Positions 63,589 through 64,000 of a DNA stretch of 64,000 nucleotides are shown piece by piece; position 1 is the first letter of the stretch; every line of letters starts with the position of its first letter. The position numbers and the translations under genes are program-made. The DNA comes from an uncultured Gammaproteobacteria bacterium. Lineage in GTDB: Bacteria > Patescibacteriota > Microgenomatia > JAMCZE01. The notes under the pieces are model-generated. The model had not been told where the DNA came from and did no database searches. It was given only the letters and a program-made list of their open reading frames with translations. The DNA is taken from the NCBI GenBank assembly GCA_964609775.1, contig CAZSSJ010000002.1, forward strand, positions 19,260 through 83,259. Reading direction: 5' to 3'.

Positions 63589-64000
63589 TGTTAAGTTGTT
63601 TTTTTAAAAAGCTTTCGGCTAAAGACCAGTCGGCCGGTTCGTCAATGTCAATCGCCTTTTCTTCCGGCATGACATAGACACCAATTTTACCACCCAAGCG
63701 ATTTTTATAAGTCTCTAAGACTTCTTTCTTCGTCAGGTAAAACGCCCCATTTTCATTGACCACGCCTTCAAATTCCTGTCGTCTGGGACGATGCAAGTAG
63801 TCATAGTTTAGCGGCTTGCCGTCTAGTGTCCAGTAGAACTTTTTGTACAGTATTCCAGTTAGCATTGAATCCCAGCCATTTTCAAAGAACAATTCAATCG
63901 CCTGGTCCAAATCCTCGCTGGTCGTAAATGGCGATGTGGCCTGAATCAGATTTAAAACGTTAAAATCCTTTATGAGTGTCGCAAAATGGAGCATTACCGA
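63560..64000 (-). CDS. neuA: Acylneuraminate/nonulosonate cytidylyltransferase (NeuA-like), C-terminal part (5' end outside window)
   Basis: The frame is open to the window edge. Motifs: LIQATSPFTTSEDLDQAIELF, NENGAFYLTKKEVL and KAIDIDEPADW, typical of CTP_transf_3. It overlaps the HAD gene by 29 nt. Confidence 0.7.
   Translation of the reverse strand, partial: SVMLHFATLIKDFNVLNLIQATSPFTTSEDLDQAIELFFENGWDSMLTGILYKKFYWTLDGKPLNYDYLHRPRRQEFEGVVNENGAFYLTKKEVLETYKNRLGGKIGVYVMPEEKAIDIDEPADWSLAESFLKKQLNNGKKKDTKE

Noticed and set aside
1-64000. Search for rRNA, tRNA, transposase, integrase, prophage or toxin-antitoxin or defence genes.
   Set aside because: Non-coding space totals only a few hundred bp, and none of the gaps has tRNA-like cloverleaf potential. 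No ORF shows DDE, tyrosine or serine recombinase or phage structural motifs by eye.

Overview
The window is almost entirely coding, with about 55 genes. One plus-strand cell-envelope glycosylation mega-locus runs from the left edge to about 62.1 kb. Its genes are tightly overlapped: 16 junctions are ATGA, GTGA or TTGA 4-nt overlaps, and only three gaps exceed 80 bp. It encodes about 20 polytopic membrane proteins that look like GT-C-fold, lipid-linked-sugar-dependent glycosyltransferases. These comprise 4 YfhO-like, 3-4 PTPS-related, 6 closely related and about 4 divergent PMT_2/ArnT-like, one PIG-V-like, one GT87/DUF2029-like, and a few unassigned proteins. It also encodes 8 GT2 enzymes, 4 of them with DPM1/GtrB-type signatures, and 8-9 GT4/GT-B enzymes. 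The remaining genes are 5 SAM methyltransferase-like genes, an acyltransferase_3, a PIG-L deacetylase, an MLE-type enolase-superfamily enzyme, one MOP (Wzx-like) flippase, and a Wzm/Wzt ABC exporter whose Wzt carries a C-terminal extension. The only opposite-strand gene inside the locus is a membrane-anchored wHTH/Cas2-fold (PaaX-like) putative regulator. It is bracketed by two copies of a perfect 12-bp palindrome. The right end holds a DMT/EamA transporter broken by two frameshifts. Converging on it is a minus-strand pair: a KdsC-like HAD that lacks the DxD nucleophile motif, and a partial NeuA-like cytidylyltransferase. I saw no rRNA, tRNA, CRISPR array, transposase or integrase. All family calls rest on motif recognition by eye and need HMM or structure confirmation. 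The compactness and gene families suggest a small-genome uncultivated bacterium (CPR/Patescibacteria-like), but that is inference.
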